IMG/VR virus record: IMGVR_UViG_3300044611_000703
Coordinates: 57,201-77,200 of that record
Direction: 5' to 3' (one strand)
Length of the DNA: 20,000 nucleotides
Source of the DNA: an uncultured virus (IMG/VR IMGVR_UViG_3300044611_000703)
Lineage: Duplodnaviria > Heunggongvirae > Uroviricota > Caudoviricetes
Shown: positions 16,725 to 20,000 of the stretch, piece after piece
Position numbering within the stretch: position 1 is the stretch's first letter
Layout: every line of letters starts with the position of its first letter
Made by a program: the position numbers and the translations under genes
Notes under the pieces: generated by a model
What the model saw: only the letters and a program-made list of their open reading frames with translations
What the model was told of the DNA's origin: nothing
Databases searched by the model: none

Positions 16725-19700
16725 AAATATTTTTTAATCCGGGTTTTAATCTCTCAGTACCTTTCCAATATTTTTTAGCGTGAGCATCTTTTCTTGTACC
16801 AATGACTAATACATTATATTCCATATCTAAATTTGCGGTTATAAGTATTTTAGTTAATTCTTCATTAATTTCACCATAACCAATTCCAAATCCATTTATA
16901 GGTGATATCCAAACTTGAGTATCTTCATTTAAAAATTTATAATAATCAGGTAAAATTATTTCACCAATTCCATCAATAATAGTAACTTTAAATCTGTAAA
17001 TGTTATCACCAGCAGTTGGACTTTCAACAAATGAGTGAATTAATTGTGTTGTTTTAGTTTTTGATGGGTCAGGATGATTAATTACAAAAGAACCTCCCGA
17101 CTTATTTACTTGACCTGCTGAACAAAGATTATTTACAAAAGTATAATCACTTAGATTACCAGTTATATTAGAACCAATAATGTGTGTATTACTATAAGGG
17201 CCACTAATAGTATTATAGGCTCCACCTAAAATACTGTTGCAATTATCCGTATTTTTACCGGACATAGTATTACAAAAACCACCAACTATTACCGAACATG
17301 AGGTGTCGGCAATAGTATTAGTAGAACCACCACCAATAAAATTACAATTTACGTTAGAATTATAGCATGAATTAGCTATTTTATTTTTATAACCCCCAAC
17401 TACTATATTATTTTTTAGACAGTTATATGAGTTTGACCCTGTAGTATATATAGCATTTCCAGCACCACCAAAAATTATATTATTACACAACACAGTTGCG
17501 GTACCACAATATGAGGAACAAATTGTATTTGATTGTCCACCAACAATTGTTGAGTGTGGTGCACTACAAATTCGATTGGATGACCCACCGACTATAATTC
17601 CGTAATTAGAGTTATAATTTATTCCTCTGATGTAATTACTTTGGCCACCACCAATAAAACTTCTATTCGAACCATAAGTTCCTCCAATACAATTAGAAAA
17701 ACCACCAACAATTGATGAGTAATTTGTTATAATACAATTTTTGTAACCACCTCCAATTGTTGAAGCTGTACCATTGTTGTAATTTTGACAACCACCACCA
17801 ATAAATGATTTATAACCAACTGATTGATTTTGAACACCACCACCTATTGTTGACCATGCTTGCACAGCACTATTACATTGACCACCTGCAACGGTTGTAA
17901 GGCTACCGGAGGTGGCATTCTGACTACCACCACCAATAAATGAATTTTGTCCATCACCAGTGTTTTTACAACCACCACCTATTGTTGAAAAATTACCCGA
18001 CGCGGTATTTTCACTACCACCCCCAATAGATGAGTAATTACATGAGGTATTCTTAGTACCTCCGGCAACTACTCCTGCAAAGGAACACACTATATTTTTA
18101 TATCCACCACCGATTATTGAGTGTCGTGAACCACCACAAATACAATTTTTGTAACCACCACCGATTGTTGCGTGAGTAGTCGTATTTTTACCACCACCTA
18201 ATAATATAGTATTCGTTGAACCTCCACCAATAGTCGAATGAGAAGCACAATTAGCGTTAGCAAAACCACCTCCAATTACGTTATAACCACAATTAATAAA
18301 ATTACTACGACCACCACCTATGGCAGCAGCAGCACCCCAAGCTTTATTATCACATCCACCGGCAACTGTAGATAAACCATAAGTTGCAGTAGTGTTAGAA
18401 AGACCACCACCAACTGTTGAATGACAACCTGATGAGACATTATTTTGACCACCACCAATTGTTGAACAATTTCCAATCGCACTATTCGATTTACCACCAG
18501 CAATTATTGAATAATTACCTCCCGAAGTATTATATCTTCCACTTAAAGAACCACTATAAATATTGGAAGCGATATTCCCAACACCACATCTAACAGATGC
18601 TGATGGTACACCTCCTGCGATAATAACCGCTGGCGAACCACCAGCACTTGTTCCACTTGAACCTGACGTTCCCGATGTTCCCGGTGCACCTGACGCTCCT
18701 GAAGACCCTGAAGTTCCACTTGTTCCTGATGCTCCTGAAGAACCTGATGTTCCTGATGTACCCGGCGCACCTGATGCTCCTGAAGAACCTGATGTTCCAC
18801 TTGTTCCTGACGCTCCTGAAGAACCTGATGTTCCTGATGTACCCGGCGCACCTGATGCTCCTGAAGAACCTGATGTTCCACTTGTTCCTGATGCTCCTGA
18901 AGAACCTGATGTTCCACTTGTTCCTGATGCTCCTGAAGACCCTGATGTTCCTGAAGTTCCTGACGCACCACTTACACCTGAAGAACCACTTGTTCCACTT
19001 GAACCTGAAGTTCCTGAAGTCCCACTATTACCTGAAGAACCTGATGTTCCTGATGAACCACTTGTTCCCGAAGTTCCACTATTACCTGAAGAACCTGAAG
19101 TTCCTGAAGTCCCACTATTACCTGAAGAACCTGATGTTCCTGATGAACCACTTGTTCCCGAAGTTCCACTATTACCTGACGAACCTGAAGTTCCTGAAGT
19201 TCCACTATTACCTGACGAACCTGATGTTCCTGATGAACCACTTGTTCCCGAAGTTCCACTATTACCTGAAGAACCGCTAGTTCCCGATGTTCCACTATTA
19301 CCTGATGAACCGCTAGTACCGCTTGAACCTGATGTTCCTGAAGAACCACTTGTTCCACTTGAACCTGAAGTTCCTGAAGTTCCGCTATTACCTGAAGAAC
19401 CGCTAGTTCCACTTGAACCTGATGAACCACTTGTTCCACTAGACCCTGATGTTCCTGAAGTTCCACTATTACCTGAAGAACCTGAAGTTCCTGAAGTTCC
19501 GCTATTACCTGAAGAACCGCTAGTTCCACTAGACCCTGATGAACCACTTGTACCGCTAGAACCTGATGAACCACTTGTTCCGCTAGAACCTGAAGTACCT
19601 GACGTTCCACTATTACCTGACGAACCACTTGTACCGCTAGAACCTGAAGTTCCTGATGAACCGCTTGTACCACTTGAACCTGAAGTTCCTGAAGTTCCGC

Positions 19701-20000
19701 TATTACCTGAAGAACCGCTAGTTCCACTTGAACCTGATGAACCACTTGTCCCTGATGAACCGGATGTCCCTGAAGTTCCACTATTACCTGATGAACCACT
19801 TGTACCGCTAGAACCTGAAGTACCTGACGTTCCACTATTACCTGATGAACCACTTGTACCGCTAGAACCTGAAGTACCTGACGTTCCACTATTACCTGAA
19901 GAACCACTTGTCCCTGATGAACCGGATGTCCCTGAAGTTCCACTATTACCTGATGAACCACTTGTACCGCTAGAACCTGATGAACCACTTGTTCCACTAG
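16723..20000 (-). CDS. Large fibre-like protein: Gly-X-Ser collagen-like tract + STIGGGxxN beta-helix-like repeats + C-terminal chaperone-like domain (5' end outside window)
   Basis: The frame of track ORF 16723..18090 has no stop from 18090 to 20000 (checked codon by codon), so GTG 18090 is internal. At least 1091 aa lie in the window. Confidence 0.9.
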   Translation of the reverse strand, partial: SGTSGSSGSSGTSGSSGNSGTSGTSGSSGTSGSSGNSGTSGTSGSSGTSGSSGNSGTSGTSGSSGTSGSSGNSGTSGTSGSSGTSGSSGSSGTSGSSGNSGTSGTSGSSGTSGSSGTSGSSGTSGSSGNSGTSGTSGSSGTSGSSGSSGTSGSSGSSGTSGSSGNSGTSGTSGSSGNSGTSGTSGSSGTSGSSGSSGTSGSSGNSGTSGTSGSSGTSGSSGTSGSSGTSGSSGNSGTSGTSGSSGNSGTSGTSGSSGTSGSSGNSGTSGTSGSSGNSGTSGTSGSSGTSGSSGNSGTSGTSGSSGNSGTSGTSGSSGTSGSSGNSGTSGTSGSSGTSGSSGVSGASGTSGTSGSSGASGTSGTSGSSGASGTSGTSGSSGASGAPGTSGTSGSSGASGTSGTSGSSGASGAPGTSGTSGSSGASGTSGTSGSSGASGAPGTSGTSGSSGTSAGGSPAVIIAGGVPSASVRCGVGNIASNIYSGSLSGRYNTSGGNYSIIAGGKSNSAIGNCSTIGGGQNNVSSGCHSTVGGGLSNTTATYGLSTVAGGCDNKAWGAAAAIGGGRSNFINCGYNVIGGGFANANCASHSTIGGGSTNTILLGGGKNTTTHATIGGGYKNCICGGSRHSIIGGGYKNIVCSFAGVVAGGTKNTSCNYSSIGGGSENTASGNFSTIGGGCKNTGDGQNSFIGGGSQNATSGSLTTVAGGQCNSAVQAWSTIGGGVQNQSVGYKSFIGGGCQNYNNGTASTIGGGYKNCIITNYSSIVGGFSNCIGGTYGSNRSFIGGGQSNYIRGINYNSNYGIIVGGSSNRICSAPHSTIVGGQSNTICSSYCGTATVLCNNIIFGGAGNAIYTTGSNSYNCLKNNIVVGGYKNKIANSCYNSNVNCNFIGGGSTNTIADTSCSVIVGGFCNTMSGKNTDNCNSILGGAYNTISGPYSNTHIIGSNITGNLSDYTFVNNLCSAGQVNKSGGSFVINHPDPSKTKTTQLIHSFVESPTAGDNIYRFKVTIIDGIGEIILPDYYKFLNEDTQVWISPINGFGIGYGEINEELTKILITANLDMEYNVLVIGTRKDAHAKKYWKGTERLKPGLKNI
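17200..18560 (-). repeat. About 28 degenerate ~15-aa repeats, consensus S(T/F/I)IGGGxxNxxxGxx
   Basis: Translation: SIIAGGKSN, STIGGGQNN, STVGGGLSN ... SFIGGGCQN, STIGGGYKN ... NSILGGAYN. Confidence 0.9.
18646..20000 (-). repeat. 9-bp-unit coding tandem repeat, 150 Gly-X-Y triplets (GTS/GSS/GNS/GAS, 3x GAP, 1x GVS), with 81-, 90- and 54-bp higher-order duplications
   Basis: Gly codons keep a 9-nt register from 18652 to 19993. A 90-bp unit occurs x3 at 19001-19270, an 81-bp period around 18721-18900, and a 54-bp period at 19801/19855. Confidence 0.95.

Noticed and set aside
16723..18090. 455-aa ORF starting at GTG 18090 as a complete gene
   Set aside because: The frame is open upstream to the window edge and the same repeats continue, so the GTG is an internal Val.
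18318..19997. Track ORFs 18318..18503, 18543..18971, 18972..19997 (-) and 18648..19280 (+) with QVLQEH / LMFL repeats
   Set aside because: They are alternative-frame shadows of the 9-bp repeat. The Gly-X-Ser frame is continuous with the downstream fibre domains and its variation is largely synonymous.
18646..20000. CRISPR array or non-coding satellite
   Set aside because: There are no unique spacers or cas genes, and the repeats are contiguous in-frame coding triplets.
1..20000. tRNA, rRNA, IS elements, introns or inteins
   Set aside because: Intergenic gaps are at most ~110 bp and AT-rich. No cloverleaf, transposase, homing endonuclease or intein motifs were recognised.

Overview
AT-rich, gene-dense window, most likely from a large (jumbo-type) bacteriophage of a Bacteroidota-like host. 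This is inference: genes are tightly packed, starts are A-rich with no obvious Shine-Dalgarno, and phage-fibre-like repeat proteins are present, but no hallmark virion or replication gene is in view. Nearly the whole window is a glycan-modification island. It holds about 10 glycosyltransferase domains (HtrL/YibB-like, GT-B, GT60 polypeptide GlcNAc-transferase-like, 2x GT4, GT2, GT34-like, 2x GT9-like, and an AAH/TibC-type protein O-heptosyltransferase) and 5 SAM methyltransferase domains (3 FkbM-like). It also holds a sulfation module (sulfotransferase, APS kinase CysC, small HxGH nucleotidyltransferase, DUF2061). No flippase, polymerase or initiating phosphoglycosyltransferase is seen. The island contains a mucin-like Pro/Thr protein and is flanked by a >1090-aa fibre-like protein that the ORF track truncates: 150 uninterrupted Gly-X-Y triplets (Y almost always Ser), then ~28 STIGGGxxN beta-helix-like repeats, then a C-terminal fibre chaperone-like domain. 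The main hypothesis is a virus-encoded protein O-glycosylation/methylation/sulfation system that decorates its own Ser/Thr-rich structural proteins. One multidomain GT4-GT9-FkbM gene is split by a frameshift near 5060-5075.
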